A stretch of DNA of 64,000 nt from positions 1-64,000 of the forward strand of contig CAJINV010000020.1 in assembly GCA_905178155.1 (NCBI GenBank), read 5' to 3'. The position numbers and the translations under genes were made by a program. Positions 11,931 to 26,110 of this stretch are shown one piece after another. The DNA comes from Amoebophrya sp. A120. Its lineage: Eukaryota > Protista > Dinoflagellata. Each line of letters begins with the position of its first letter. The stretch's first letter is position 1. Below the pieces are notes generated by a model. The model was not told the DNA's origin. It made no database searches and saw only the letters and a program-made list of their open reading frames with translations.

Positions 11931-13904
11931 TTTCTTGCCTCCTGCTTTGAATCTATACAGTTTTATAGTCTACAGTATTCGAGCTAAATTAAGCTCTTTC
12001 CAGTTTTTTTACAGTTTACAATTTTACATTTAGTTCAATTAAGAAAAGAGGCTGCTGGTACTGGTGAAGCTCACGATGCTTATGCTTTTGACACAAAATG
12101 CCGACACATGGTAGATTATATGACCTTTGATTTGATTGCTGTCTTGGTTCCCGAAACCCATAAAACCTCGATCACACGAGTCATGCAACGACAGCGACAC
12201 CCAAACGATCACGAATTCCGCAGTCTTTCTGTCGTGTACTCGAACTTTCCCACGATCATACGCTCATCAGAAAGCAACGACTCGACGATACACGACCAGC
12301 ACCACGACAGACCACAAGGAATGTGGAAAGAATTTCTTTTTACGAGACTCAAAGACACATATACACCTTGATTCGCTGGGCGGAAAAGAAAAAGATAGAG
12401 TAGAACCTGACCCCCTAAGTATATAGGCACGATTGAAACTTTCTGTGCTGAATACGACCGACTCAACGAACTGGAACTGTGTATTGGTTTTTTTGTTTCA
12501 CTAACAAAATAATTAGATGAACACGAGACAACTAATATCGTGCTGCCTGGTGGCTCTACTTATGTATCAGCACGAAAATTGCAATCGATATCGAAATTTC
12601 TTCATCTGCGCTGAATTATGTACAGGTGTTCATCTGCAAGCACCTGCTGTTCGAGAATAACACACATCTGCTGCTCGAAAACGCCGGGAAGAGAGGCGGG
12701 CTCTGGCCGGCAAAAGATCGGGCAGGAGAGGACTCTGGCCTCTTCGCTTCCCTTTTGATTTTCTGAGCGGCCACCAGCACGAAGAGGCGCGGCCACTGCT
12801 TTTCCTTCTCCGGCTTACGAGCTCGCTTGGCCTCGTCTTCCAGCGAGTAAGTTTAGTTTACTGCGACACGGCGATCCTGAAAGGAACAACCACTCAACTT
12901 AAAGGAGAGCAGCAGCCTTTGCCTATCTTGTCCACCTCAATCAATTACTCGTCAGGACCAGGAGGCTCCGATATCCAATTACAATAAACATATTATTATT
13001 AACTTTAACTTGTTTGCATACTTACTTGAACATCCACGAGCACGACGCAATCTCTAAAGAGAGAGCAGTACGGATGGCGGAGATCAACGCTCCGTGCTGA
13101 TAAGTGTAGGATGCCGTAGAAAGATCATCATCAACAAAATTTGTAGAGACCAATTTGAATTTGTATATTATCAATTGATATTTTTTCGCGCTGAAAATAC
13201 GTTGATGATGAAGTACTTCAAAATGTTAAGCGTCTTGCGTTTTATGTGAACTCTCAAGAATTCTAGCAAACGCAGGATACATATACATCCTGTTTTGTAC
13301 AATACATAAGCGTCTTGCGTTTTATATGAACTCGCAGGAATTCTAGCAAACGCTTCGCTATGTACATTTCAGATAATAGAGATATTTTTTTTTGCATTTG
13401 AAGTAAACAAAACAAAAACTAAATGACAAATACTACATCGCTAGTAGCAATTATTAAACTTTCGCGCTTTCCTTGCACTTGATTTTCTGCCTGTGGAATT
13501 GAACTTAGCGCGCTACGCAAAAAACAATGAAGAGGAAGGAAGGAGGCAAAGACAAATAGTTATCATTTTTCGAAATCATGTCCATACCGTGCTAAGAGCA
13601 TGTTCACATTGGAGCGAAGGAGGAGAAAAATGATCGAGAAGTAGGACTTGGCTGTGCTGTGCCGAGAGGTAAAATAGCATTACAGATTTGCAGTGAAGAA
13701 AGCGAGAGCGAAATGAGAGCGAAAGTTTTCATGTTTAGATTCTTGCGGTCTGCTGATGGTGAACGTCTTCACCTATCGCCTTAAGCACCGGCCTAAACCT
13801 ACATCCCGTTTGCCGACAGGATGCAGATCGATCATGATCCGCGGCTCCAGCCTTATTTTAGGGGTGGATCAGTCAGCAGGGTGGAAGCTGGCCATGTTGT
13901 AGTA

Positions 13905-16900
13905 TTAGCGGAAGTTGTACGTAATCGACGCTCCTGCTGCTGCGTTTGTGATTATCGTTCCAGGAGCGCCGCTGCTTTCCGTGCCGAACAAGTCGTCTCG
14001 TAAAAGTTGCAAGTTCTCCCACAGCCTCTGGCTGTTTTGCTTCCCGGCCACGGATTGGAGGAATTCCTGGTCGTTCCACGCGTGATCCGGGTGCCAGTCG
14101 TTCAAAATCCGGCCCAACGGCACGTCGCCGCCCATCCAGTCGGGCAGCTGTGCGGGCTCGATGTAGGGGTAGATGTCCCGAACGCTCCGCTTCAAAACGA
14201 CCTTGACGTTGACCTTCCCCACGAGCCTCAGAATGGCGTGCTGCCAGACAGTCTCCAATCCCCAGGGCAGGCCAACCACGAGAACTCGGGCGCAGGACTC
14301 CGGGTACTGTGCGCTTACGCGCAGGATCAAACGAATGGTCCTCCACACTGACGGCGTCCAAATAAAGCCGCCACCCGCGGCGACGTCGATCAACATGGTG
14401 AATTGGGTAACCAAAAGCTCGTCTCCATTTTGTTGGGTAACAGCACTGCCCCGCACCTCCTGTGCCTCAACGTTCTTCCGGGAGACTGCCAGGTACTTGT
14501 ACCTCCGCGTGTGTTCCATTTGGAGGTACGCCATGGCTTCGATCCCTCCCATGTCGAAATTCGTCTCCACGTCGGACGTGGAGAAGATTGGACGGATGAC
14601 GTAAATCGGCCTTCCATCTCTATCTCTTCCGCACCACCCGAACGTGCAGAAGTTTCGCAACCTTTGTTCCTGCCGGTCCGCCAGCAACCGCTGCTTTTCA
14701 GTGACCGCGAGCGCCGCGTCAAACACCTGCTTCGGATCGATTATAGCTGTTTTCTTCACATGTGGCCCTCCATCCGTGGAAGTAGTTGCGCCCGGTACTT
14801 CTAGTACAGCACGTCTCCAGGTCACGTGATCCCGGAGCATTTCCAGCGCGAGCTCAAGGTTGCCCTTCTGCACCCGTATGAATCGGTAGAGGTCATGTTT
14901 GGTCAGGTGCTGCAACGCATCCCGCCAGCCTGTTCGCTCCTCCAACTCCTTCGTGAGGGCTGCCACGTTGTCGGAAAAGGTAGCTGCGGCGTTGCAAAGG
15001 CTGAGACTGCAATCGTCCTCGATGGACGGCAAGGGTGCCCTCGAATTCCACCTCGCGATGGCGGCCTCGCGAGCTTGGCGATTCTCGACCCTGTTCCGAA
15101 AAGCAGCGCTGTCTCCTGCACCCGATGACGCCAGTCCGGTGGGAGTGCACCCGTTGCGGTGGCCGCGAGCGAGGAGTACGCCGGTTAGGGCGCACTCCTG
15201 CATCAGCAGCAGTGGTTGTTCGAACTGTTGGACGAACCTGTTGCGCAGCAGGAGCTTGCCGGCGGTAACAACCAAACGGGTGGTGGGGGCGGAAGCTGCA
15301 AGTCCTTTCCCTCCAGCTTTGCGGCTACGCTGGTAACGGCGCAGAAAGGTCACAAACAGCGCGCGTCTGTAAAACTCTGCAATTAGTTGCTTCACTCGGA
15401 TCTTTCTTCGTGCTCGCTGCAATGCGGATAGTTGTTTGCGTTTTTGCAACGTTGCAAACTCCCGCACTGTGTACACTTTGCTTCTACTCTGCGGAAGCAC
15501 CTTTATGCATCCTGACGTGAGTCGTCGCCTTAGTAGGACGATGGCTCGGAATATCAGCAGATTTTGGTCGAGCGCCTGCCGCAACTGTTTCCGTTGCTGC
15601 TGCTTCCACTGCTTGATGCGACGACTGAGGAATCTGTGAACGGTTACGTAGTGCTTCACGGCATTCCACAACGCGATTCGTCGCTTTACCTTTTCCCGCT
15701 CTCGCAGAATCCACTTTTTCAGTGCACGGCACATGGTGGGGTAGAGTCGGAATGCGATGTCCTGGTTCCTCCTGCACGCGATGCGACGCCGGGCGTTTCG
15801 CAAAAGCCTCACGATGACGCGACCTACACGCCACGTCTTGCGAAGTTTTTCGATGGCTGCAGCAACCCGTTGATCGCGAAGCGTTTTTTTGGCGCGCGAA
15901 GCCCACCGGTTCAGTCGGTAGTAGTTGACGGCGCAGATTTTCAGCATTTTCAGGTTCCTTTCCTTTTTCGCTCCGGCCAAAAATTTGGGAAGGTACAAAC
16001 ACACAGCCACGGCTTGGAAACAGCGTCGTCGCTTCTTTTGCAGGATGACTTTCTTGAGGCGCTTCAACACTTCCGGCGGGATCGCGTCGCCGCTATCAGT
16101 CAGTTGGTCGAGGACGGCCAAGCAACCACTTTTCAAAAACAGTCGGCTGGCTCCGATCACGTAATCTGATTTCGGGACTTCGAAAGCTAACATCAGCGCA
16201 CCAAGGAACGTTCGCGGCTGCTCGTCCTTGAAATCCGGAAGCTTGGACTGGTACCGCTCTACCAGGTAGTCGAAACTGCAGCGGTTGGGATAGCCCTCGT
16301 GCATGATTTTCACCAAGTCAATCCCACCTGATTGCCGCATTTGATCCAAAATCACTCCTCCCTCCCACAGGCTCGCTTTCTGGCTCAAATTTGGTTTGAA
16401 GCAGCGAATGTAGTGCAAAGAACAGGCGTCGAGCGTGGACAGCAGCAAGTCGAGGTCGGCCAGGTATTTGCGCCCAACGCTTGTCGCAGCGGATTGTGCT
16501 TCGCCGTGGAGCCGCGCGACGAGCTTGTGGTCACTGCAGGAAATCAACATTTCTGCTTCTGTCGATAGCGCCGCGTTATTCTTTTCGAGCCATCCCTCTG
16601 TTGAGTAGTTCACTTCTCCGGCGTAGTGTCTCACCACGAGGGTCAAATTGGCATCTGATTTTGATGGTAAAGGTATGAATATACTCCATGCATGGCGTCG
16701 CTACGATGTACCATCTAGCTGTACCATCTAGCACTCAGCCATTGCAAAAATAAAGCAAGATTTGCTCGTGTTGATGTATATTCATTTTAAAAGCATCCGT
16801 ACCATAGTCCTGGTTCTTCTTTGCGCCTCCGCGCTTCAGTCTACACATGTGTGCGCCAAACTTCTTATGGACATCCGCCGTAAAGCGCTCGTCAGTGGTT

Positions 16901-19667
16901 CGCACATTCTTCGCGAGCAGTATGGAACAAAGAAACAAATGCTTGCTGAGGATTGAAAAATCATTTTGGGGACTTTCTGATGCAAGTCAAAATCTTTTTG
17001 GCCGCAAGAAAGAACGATCTCTCGAGTGAGTATTTGAAATTGTTTGACGCGTTCCCTGCCAGGGGAAGGGTTGCTCTTGTACTTGTTTCCTTCTGCGTCC
17101 TTCCTTACATATCGCACAGCTTTTATTGATACGCAAGCACTTGTTTTCTAAGTCGTAGTCATGCGCCCGTGCTCGTGTAGCGTGTTGAGCGTGTTCCCAA
17201 TCGCGTCCAAGAGTGGCTCTGTCAAGAGTATTCAAATTCATTTACATTGTGTTGCTTAAAAAGAACAATCTTTATCTTGGTATGCATCGATCTGCAAGAA
17301 AATATGGATGTGTCAGGATCGAAATCGACAAAATCGAAAAACTTGTGATGCATAAAATGTAGGGCATTGAAGGCCTGTATTGGAGAGCAGGCAAATGAGG
17401 CCGATTGTAAGCCTGTTTAGGGGTATGCAATCTGCTGCCAGAGTAGCATGACAGCGGCAGTCTTCTTTGTCCAAACAGCATGACAGACTGGAGCTGGGCG
17501 CTCCCGAGCTTTGTCATGCGCCACTTGGAAACTGAGGCTCCAACTGACATCGATTTTGTGCATCACAAATTTTTCGATTTTGTGAATTTCGGTTCTGACA
17601 CTTCCATAGAAAAAGAAAATTGTGCAAAAATATAAGAGATACAGCCGCATACGACAAATAATACCACTTGACTCGACTTGTAGTGAAATTGCGGGAAGGC
17701 CTTCTTTGCGGTACATCTCCTGCTCTGCCAATATCACTTTGTCACAGAAAAACTCCTGTAGTCGCTCGTTCGCCAGGTTGATGCACAGCTGTTCGAAGGA
17801 ATTGAGTTTCAATTGTTCGAAGCCGTAAATGTCCAAGATTCCTATGTATCTGACGCCGACTAGATTCGGCTAAGTTCTGGGTTTGACCCGCCACGAGGAG
17901 GGAGCTGTTGATCTGCGCCACAATGTGCTCGAAGAGGCGTTTGTACAGCATTTTCACCAAGGCTTCCTGTGCATTCTTCGCTTGTGCTGGTGTCCGGTCA
18001 GTTTTGAAAACGGAATCACGGCCCTGGTTGTTTCGTTTGGGCCGGATCAGTGTCTTCTTGCACAAGGACTCGCAGAGAGAGTTCACCGACATGCCGAGCA
18101 GACGCGCAGCTTCAGCAACGTGGGGCGATTCTACTACTTGGATACCCTGTCCACTCGCCGCATCCTCAAAATCCAGTTCAAACAGGTGGATCAGCCCACC
18201 GAGCGTCTCGAGCACCTCTTCGATTTGTTCCGGGGAGAAGTTCATAACTTTCAATCCGGTGCAGAACGCTGTAAAGTTCGTCGCTTCTTCCGCCCCCCGG
18301 AGTGGAGTGGATTTCTGCGTCACCTGATCTCTTCCATAGAGAAGTGCGTATTTCGAGTTTTTCTGCAAGCCAAGTTTCGTCAGCTGCTCGGCGGAAGCTC
18401 CGCATAGTATTTCGTACCAAATATGGTACCTTTGTGATTTTCGTTAATTTATTAAATCAAACTTTATACCATGCTACACCAGGTGATTCTACTAGTACTC
18501 ACTGTGAAAGAAAATGTCAATGCTGCAATACCAGGACACTCAGAAAGAAAAAAAAATAGGAAAGAATTATAATCCGAACACTATTCGTCAAGAAATCAGA
18601 ACAGAATGAGTCTCTACGTCCGTTCCCCAGCTCCAAATTTTGAAACGCGACTGCTCTCGAGCAAGTAGGTGCGGATCTCGCCTCCCACGATGTCGCCTCT
18701 CGCGTTGAACATCAGCATGCTGAATTTCCCAAAGCGGCTCGAGTTGTGGTTGCGGACCGTCGTCGCATTCCCCAGTGATTCGAGGATCGGTGTCGCACAG
18801 CGGAGGATCATATTATCTACCGAAGCTGCCGCTGCGCCGTTTTCTGCGACCTTGGCTCGCGTACGCGATTGCTGTATTAGATACGCCATCACGACCTTCG
18901 CATTTTCTGTTTTTCCCGCACCAGACTCCCCAGAAATCACAATGGCCTGGTGTGTTCGTCCATGAACGAGTTTGCGCCGGGCGATTTCCGCCAACGCAAA
19001 TGCGTGTGGCGGTCGGGATTGAAGTGATGCCAGGTTTAGGTAGTCACTTTGCCGCTCATTGCTGTACAAATGGTCGAGCTTCTTGTAGGGATTGATGGAA
19101 AATAGCACGCTTGCGGTGTAGGTGTAAATCTCATCTTGGAAATACCTGAATGTGATGATTAATTTTGGTTGAAAATCAAAATAGAGTTGAAGGATATAAA
19201 TCCATTCCCTTGATGCTGTGTCATCCATCTAGCGATTCAGTGCAGAGCGACGTAGTGGCAGCCTCACCACTTAGCAAAGTACTAGGCTAGAATAAAAACG
19301 GAAAAGACAATTACCGCAGACGGCAGTTTTCTAAAATTCCAGCGTCGCTAAACGAAGCGACGCTTGCGCAATCCTCGAAGTGAGACTCTTCATTCTTGTC
19401 GCTGCGACCGCGCAAAGCAGCCTCATTCGCAAACACCCTTGTCTCGATGTAGGCCTTGCTCGAACGACTAGATGCCAGCGACTTTCCACGCAACAGTTTG
19501 CTGGCACCTTTCTGCTGACTTTTGGACAAGATGCCCACTTCGTAACTGTCGCCTGCCGATCGAGTAGCGTAGTTTACGATTTCACCGGGTACAAAGCCGT
19601 CCACTGGATCTTCCACCCAAACCGTCACGGGGAGTTTATCATCCCGCTTATCGTCCTCTGCCGACAT
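13905..19667 (-). pseudogene. Second copy of the myosin-Sec14 gene, frameshifted
   Basis: 4-nt insertion TATC (17847-17850) just before LDIYGFE and 1-nt insertion at 13920 relative to copy 1; assembly error cannot be excluded. Confidence 0.65.
17281..17651. mobile_element. Duplicate of the TIR element in myosin copy 2 intron
   Basis: Same sequence as 9554-9918 with a 6-bp indel. Confidence 0.7.
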
Positions 19668-21139
19668 AATTTTTCCTCGTCCTTTGTTTAAATTTTACAG
19701 TAGTTCGCGTTCAAATTTATTAAGCTCTCTACAGTTTTTTTACAGGTTACAATTTTATATTTAGTTTTAGTTCAATTAAGAAAAGAGGCTGCTGGTACTG
19801 GTGAAGCTCACGATGCTTATGCTTTTGACACAAAATACCGACACATGGTAGATCATATATAGAAAGTAAGTAAAATCCCAAAGGGAAGTTTGAATAGAGC
19901 ACAGTAGCAGGGCTTTTGATTTGCTTGCTATCTTGGTTCCCGAAACCGATAAAACCTCGATCACACGAGTCATGCAACGACACCCAAACGATCACGAATT
20001 CCGCAGTCTTTCTGTCGTGTACTCGAACTTTCCCACGATCATACGCTCATCAAAAGGCAACGACTCGACGATACACGACCAGCACCACGACAGACCACAA
20101 GGAACGTGGAAAGAATTTCTTTTTTACGAGACTCGAAGACACGTATACGCCTTGATTTGCTGGGCGGAAAAGATAGAGTAGAACCTGACCCCTTAAGTAT
20201 GTAGGCACGATTGAAACTTTCTGTGCTGAATACGATCGACTCAACTGTCTTGGTTTTTGTTTCAGGAACAAAATAATTAGATGAACACGAAGCAACTAAT
20301 ATCGTGCTAACTGGTGGCTGTTTACATGGTATCTTTCTACTACGTATGTATGCACGAAAATTGAAATCGATATCGAAATTAAATTTGTTCATGTGCACTG
20401 AATTATCGACAGTTGTTCATCTGCAAGCAACTGCTGTTCGAGAATAACACACATCTGCTGCTCGAAAACGCCGGGAAAAGAGGGCTCTGGCAGGCAAAAA
20501 GTCGGGCAGGAGAGGAGTCTGGGCTCTCCCTTTTTGATTTTCTGGGCGGCCACCAGCACAAAGACGCGCGGCCGCTGCTTTTCTTTCTCCGGGTTACGAA
20601 CTCGCTTGGCCTCATCTTCCTCCAGCGGATTTACTGCGACGCGGCGATCCTGAAAGGAAATCTTCCGCAGGGGAGCGCGTGCAAAGCAATCAACATCAAA
20701 GAAATCAATTTTATTACAAATCTGCCTTGCGCTGAAGTACGCGAAGGTGAGCTACTCCTACTCCTACTCGTGATGAAAAAAATAAAAATCATGTCTCACT
20801 CGACTCTACTTGTCAGAGAAGTCGATGAATCTCTCTCACACGCCTTAACCTTATTTTTGATTTTATGTATACATAAGAACCGCTCCACGCGGCGCACCAC
20901 CCAGGCGCGGCTTACACTGTAGTCGAGGTCGTCGGCGTCGGGGCCGACAGTTTACAACTTTTTCGTTAGATGAGACGAACCACACAGACAACTCCGATGC
21001 GCAGAGCAGAAATCTGACTGCAGGAGCGCCCTTGCTTGCACAGACTCCTACTACGAACGAAGAAACTATCACACAACCTGGCCGCCCCGCAGTCGGAGAT
21101 AAAAACAGCAGGGAGGAAGCAAGCGCTTCGTCACAATCC

Positions 21140-24100
21140 GGCAGCGGCCATGCACGGACAAAGCGGACATACGCGCGCCACGATGGGCCTGCCAAGCAGC
21201 CAACCTGCCGAGGGAGGGCAGGAGAAATACCACCAAGCGCCGGCGACGCAGGGCCATGGATGGGGCTGAAGGGTAAACATGCCACCGGGCGGGCGCGCTG
21301 AAAGCCGGGCGCTGCGACCAAGGCGCCGCGGGGGCCCTGCACAACGTCGCCGCCGTTCCCGCTACGTGCTGGAAAGCGTGCGCCTGCCGGGAGGCAACCG
21401 GGCCCGCCTGCGCTGCCGGCCAAGGCCCTCCCCGGCAAGCCCAGGATCAGGAAGGCGGGCGCGATCGGGGCGCAGGCCGGAAAAGCCGCCCCCGCCGCTG
21501 GCTGCCCCGGCAACATGGAAGCGCGCACAAAGGTAGGAAGAAGCTGCGGGCGACGGGGCTTCGCGCAAGTAAGTTGTCCAATATGCCGGCATCGCTCGCA
21601 ACGAGCGCATGAATGCACAGTCGCGAACGTTTTTCTGCCTTTTCGCAGTCAGCCAGCGCGACCACCATCCACCGCCCTCGACGAAGGCAGCGCCGGACGA
21701 GTCCACACCGCCCGGAATCTTTACACAATCCAACTTCCGCAAATGAAACCTGCTGCGGGTAGTCGTCCGCGCCAACCATGATTTAAGTAGTACAGAAGCT
21801 CTCCAGCTCAGGCAAAAAACACAAGCCCGAATCGAAGAAGTAGAAGACTATCTACAAGCGGCAGCTAAGCCATGTAGTGGCCGCTCTTGGTCTACTTTTT
21901 TTTTGGGTTTGGTGGTCTAGAAAACGGAAAGAAGAGTTGCGCTCGTATTAATTCGGATAAAACGCAAAGAGCGCTTTTCGCGATTCTGTAGCTGCCACAC
22001 GCTCGAAATGCAACAAGACACTCAGATTTGACTCTCACACTCCGACACCCTCGCAACATCAGTTGGTCTTCGAGGCCGACAGTTGTTGATCCGCTCGGTG
22101 TCGGTAGATGAAACAAAGCACTTGTCATATGGACACGGACAACTCACTACTGACGTCACCATCTAGAACAAGAACCCAAATTGCATTTCCAGCATCGCGC
22201 CACTTGCCATTCAGGATCAGGCGGATGCAGGGTTCTTGCAGACGAAGAAGGACACTTCTCACTACGGGGACACCCAGAGTCACACATCAGAGGACTCATG
22301 ACAACTCACACTCAGACGTCACAGAACAGTTTTACCAACTTTTCCGTACATGAAACGGCACGGGCAGCTCCGCGGCGCAGAACAAGAACCTGAACCCGGC
22401 AACAGTATTGCTTCCCGGAGATGAAGAAAGGCACGAAAGCAATAGCAAACGCAAGAAGTTTTCTATAATTACAACCATAACGGGGGGTCTGTGCTAAACT
22501 TTCAGAACCTTTCAAAAACTTTTCGAAAACTTTGAATTTCCCGCCGGCCTGCTCGTCAAAGAAGCTGCCGCGCAACTTCGTGGCCAATGACTGCACGGCC
22601 AACACGAGATCGAGCCCCAGCATGCCATCGCGGTTCCAGTGTGACCGATGGGGTCCCGCGCTTTTCGTGGGTGCCCAGTTTGCGCACTCCGCCACAGTGA
22701 AAAACGCCCGCACCTGAGAAGGTTGAGGCAGCGCCGAGCTTGGTGGCTCAGCCTGCAACACCGGCGGGCTTCGTGGTCAAGGCAAAAGACCGAAAAGTTT
22801 TGCTTTCTGTTCGTAGTATCAAAGAGGGAGACCAAACATCAAAAAACCCAAAAGCTTGACTCAACGAACCCCCTCCATCGCAAAAGTGCCGGCATTGGCG
22901 AAACATAACAAAAAACACCACCAACATAATTAACAGCGGCGCTGGAACAGTGCTGATTTTGGCACGGTGGTATGGCGGAGGCCAAAAAATGCAAGCTCCC
23001 ACTGTGCTACCTCGGTGAGCCCGAAACGAACCCGAAAAAACTTTTTATCTGGCCGCCCTTCCCGAAGCTTCCCGCTGCTGATTCTGCTTGAATCCGGCAC
23101 CGTTTTGGTGCCCCAAGTGAAAGCTTTTGAAAAGTTTTCCAACAGTTTTGTTTCCCAGAATCAGCTCGGGAGTTTTTTTTTGAAGGTCAGGAAAGTGGCG
23201 CCATGCTGTCGGTTTCTTCTGGTTTTACAGATACAGCGAAAAAGCGCAAAGCAAACTTTTTGAAGTGGGCGCACAGGTCGCGCGTTGCCTCAGAATTTGA
23301 GCAAAAGTCGAGAGCTCGCGCTTTTTACCCTACGCCGCGCCGCCGTGCATAGATAATGCTACCGCCAGCGGTATTCTTCGCATGTAAAACACACAGCAGC
23401 CCACCCCGGCCCCGGGTCCAAACCTATCACGAAATCAGGCCGAGAAAAAAGCGTAGTGATGCCCCATCGTCCAACATCGCGCTCCGACTCCAACTCATCC
23501 AGAGTCCAGTACTCAGCTCAGCTTCTAGCTTTTCCTTCATCGCCCAAGCTACTTTTAGTACCAAAAAACCCAAAAGCTTGACCCAGACGCAAAAGTGCCG
23601 GCATTGACAAAAAATAACAAAAAAACACCACCAGCATACCATCGGCGCTGGAGCAGTGCTGACTTTGGCACGGTGGTACGGCGGAGGCCAAAAAGTGCGA
23701 CTTTTTTCCTGTGCTATTTCGGTGAGCCCGAAATGAGCCCGAAAAAAACCCGAAAAAACTTTTTTTCTGGCCTCCCTTCTCGAAGCTCCCCGCGGCGGAT
23801 TCTGCTTGAAACCGGCACGGTTTTGGTGCCCCAAATGAAAGTTTTTAAAAAGTTTTTTAAAAGTTTTTTTTTTCGGAAATTAGCTCGGGATTCGTTTTCT
23901 TGAGGGCCAGAAAAGCGGCATACTGCCATCGGTTTTGGTTTTTCGCATATAGTGCAAAAGTGCAAAAAAAAAACTTTTCAAAATGGACGCACAGCCCGCG
24001 CTTTGCCTCAGAATTCGAGCAGAAGTTGGAAAAACGCGTTTTTTTGCCTACGCGGTGCCGCCGTGGATAAAGTTACCACCCACGTTATTCGCCGCATGCA

Positions 24101-26110
24101 AAATACCCAACTTTTCGCCCCGGCTCCGGGGTCAAAATCTATCACGAAACAGGATGGAACGCCATTCAAGCGCGTAATAAATTGAAAATCTGCCGAGAGG
24201 ATTCCGCCCGCGATTCACGTGTGACCGAAGGCAGCGCGCGCGCCTTTTATCGGTCAACGTATATGACCACGAAACACGACGGCACGGCGCCGCAAAGACT
24301 AACAAACCTGAGCCGTGAGCTTTGCCTATTTCGCAGGCAGTGCCACCCTGCTTCGTGTCTGTCGCGCTTCTTTTGTACTTTTTGAAGACTCAACAGTCTC
24401 GCTCCTTTCTGGCAGCGTGCCGCCGTGCCTGGGGTCAGAACAGGCGCCAAAAAGGCAACAGAAGTCAGAGTTTGCTTCTTCGGCTGCGCCACTTTTTCTT
24501 GTGCAAATTACAAACGTACGCAACGCGGCGCAGGGGCGCACCCCCTGGATCTCTCCAGACACGCTTCTCAAGGCCGGCGCGCTGCGCCTGAGAACCGAGG
24601 CCCTAGGCCCTAAGCCCCAAACCCTAAACCCAAGCCCTGCGAAAAGGAGGAGGGCCAAGCCCTAAACTACCCTAGACCCTGCCAGGCGAAAAGGAGGAGG
24701 GCAGGCCCCATGGCCACCCGAGTGCGCTTGTCCCTCGGTCAAATAAACAGCACGGCCACCCGAGTGCGTTTGCCCCTAGGCGAAACGCGAAGGGGTGGAT
24801 CGAAGCCTTGTCATGCGTGACTACATATATCAATGACGCGGCCCTGTTTGGGCGGCACGCTGTTCAAACGCGCAAGAGATTACAAGTCTGCGGAGAGTAT
24901 TCCGCCCGTGGTTCACGTGTGACCGACGGCAGCGCGCGCGCCTTTTAGCGGTCAGCATATATGACCACGAAACACGACGGCACGCCGCCAAAAAAGGGCG
25001 TCGGACCTTGGTGGTTTCGCGTCATCGCTTTTCTCTGTTTTCAAAAGTTTTCAAAAAGTTTTCAAAAAGTTCTGAAGCCGATGAGTAGACCCCCCGTTAT
25101 GGTTGTAATATAAGTAAATCATCCGGCTGCGGCCTTGCACGGGAACAAAAGGTAGACACATCCGCGCCGCATTGGGTCTGCCAGCCAACCAAGGAAGGGC
25201 TGGCGCCCCACCAGACGGACCTCCAAGCGCCACCGGCGCACGGGCATGGGGCTGGCAGATGCACATGTCACTGAGCGGGCGGGCCCAGGGGGTTACGGCC
25301 CGGCCAACGCCCTACGGAGCGCCACCGCCGCTGCTGGGGCGGGGGGCGCTCTGGGAAGCGGGCGGGCCCACAACGGCGCCCCCCGGGCATCCTCGCGCGC
25401 CAGCCCTCCTCGGCGGGCCGGGATGGCGGGCGCGGCGGGCCCATGACATTAGGCCGCGGGGTGGGGCGGCCTTTGTCATGGTCTGAGCTGTTTAAGCAAG
25501 GGGCTGCGAGTAGGTGACTCCCGGCGTAGCGCTTCACGCGATGCACACCTCTCACCAGGCTGGTTCCTTCTTCCGCGTCCGCGCATCAATTCAAAGCCGC
25601 GCAGCGACGCTATGGCAGCCCGCTTCGAACCCCCATGGGACCCCGACCAAGATTATCTTCGCGCAAGACTCGGGGTAGTGGTCCGCGCCACCCAGCATGA
25701 TTTAGCACAGATTCAGAAATTCTCCAGCTCAGACAAAAAATAGCCCGAATCGATGAAGAAGTAGAAGACTATCTACGAGCGGCAGCTAAAAAGCCATTTA
25801 GTGGCCACTCGTGGTCTATAGTACTTGTTTTCGGGTTTGGAAAACGAAAAATAGAGTTGCGCTGGTATGAATTCCAATAAACGCGAAGAGCGCTTTTCGC
25901 GATTCTGTACCTGTCACACGCTCGAAATGCACCAAAACACTCAGATTTGACTCTCACACTCCGGCACCCTCGCAACATCACCATCAGTTGGTCTTCGAGG
26001 CCGACAGTTCTTGATCCGCTCGGTGTGGGTAGATGAAACAAAGTATATGGACACGTTCGACGCAGTACTACGTACGTCACTGTGAAGAACACGGACCCAA
26101 ATTGCAGCAT
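21140..26110. repeat. Diverged direct repeats (~21140-22190 vs ~25140-26110) enclosing GC-rich non-coding DNA with an internal ~720-bp-period repeat (22843-23430 / 23562-24150)
   Basis: Shared blocks such as CTCTCCAGCTCAG.CAAAAAA..AGCCCGAATCG and CTCAGATTTGACTCTCACACTCCG; AAAAACCCAAAAGCTTGAC starts both internal units. Confidence 0.7.
24600..24680 (+). repeat. Degenerate interstitial telomere-like repeats (CCCTAAA/CCCTAAG/CCCTAG)
   Basis: CCCTAGG CCCTAAG CCCCAAA CCCTAAA CCCAAG ... CCCTAAA ... CCCTAGA. Confidence 0.45.

Larger units (their letters stand above)
5196..12886. repeat. Tandem segmental duplication, copy 1 (~7.7 kb, contains the myosin gene)
   Basis: Near-identical to 12924-20658 at an offset of ~7727-7737; the ORF tracks mirror each other. 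Confidence 0.95.
12924..20658. repeat. Tandem segmental duplication, copy 2
   Basis: Shared start ATCTTGTCC(G/A)CCTCAATCAAT and shared end GCGATCCTGAAAGGAA with copy 1. Confidence 0.95.

Noticed and set aside
20863-25555. GC-rich ORFs such as 20863-21618 (251 aa) as genes or LTR-retrotransposon ORFs
   Set aside because: Low-complexity Pro/Ala/Arg translations with no gag, RT or integrase motifs; flanking repeats are diverged and no TG...CA ends were evident
25610-25645. Possible tRNA or B-box (GGTTCGAAGC on the minus strand)
   Set aside because: No cloverleaf or A-box could be built around it
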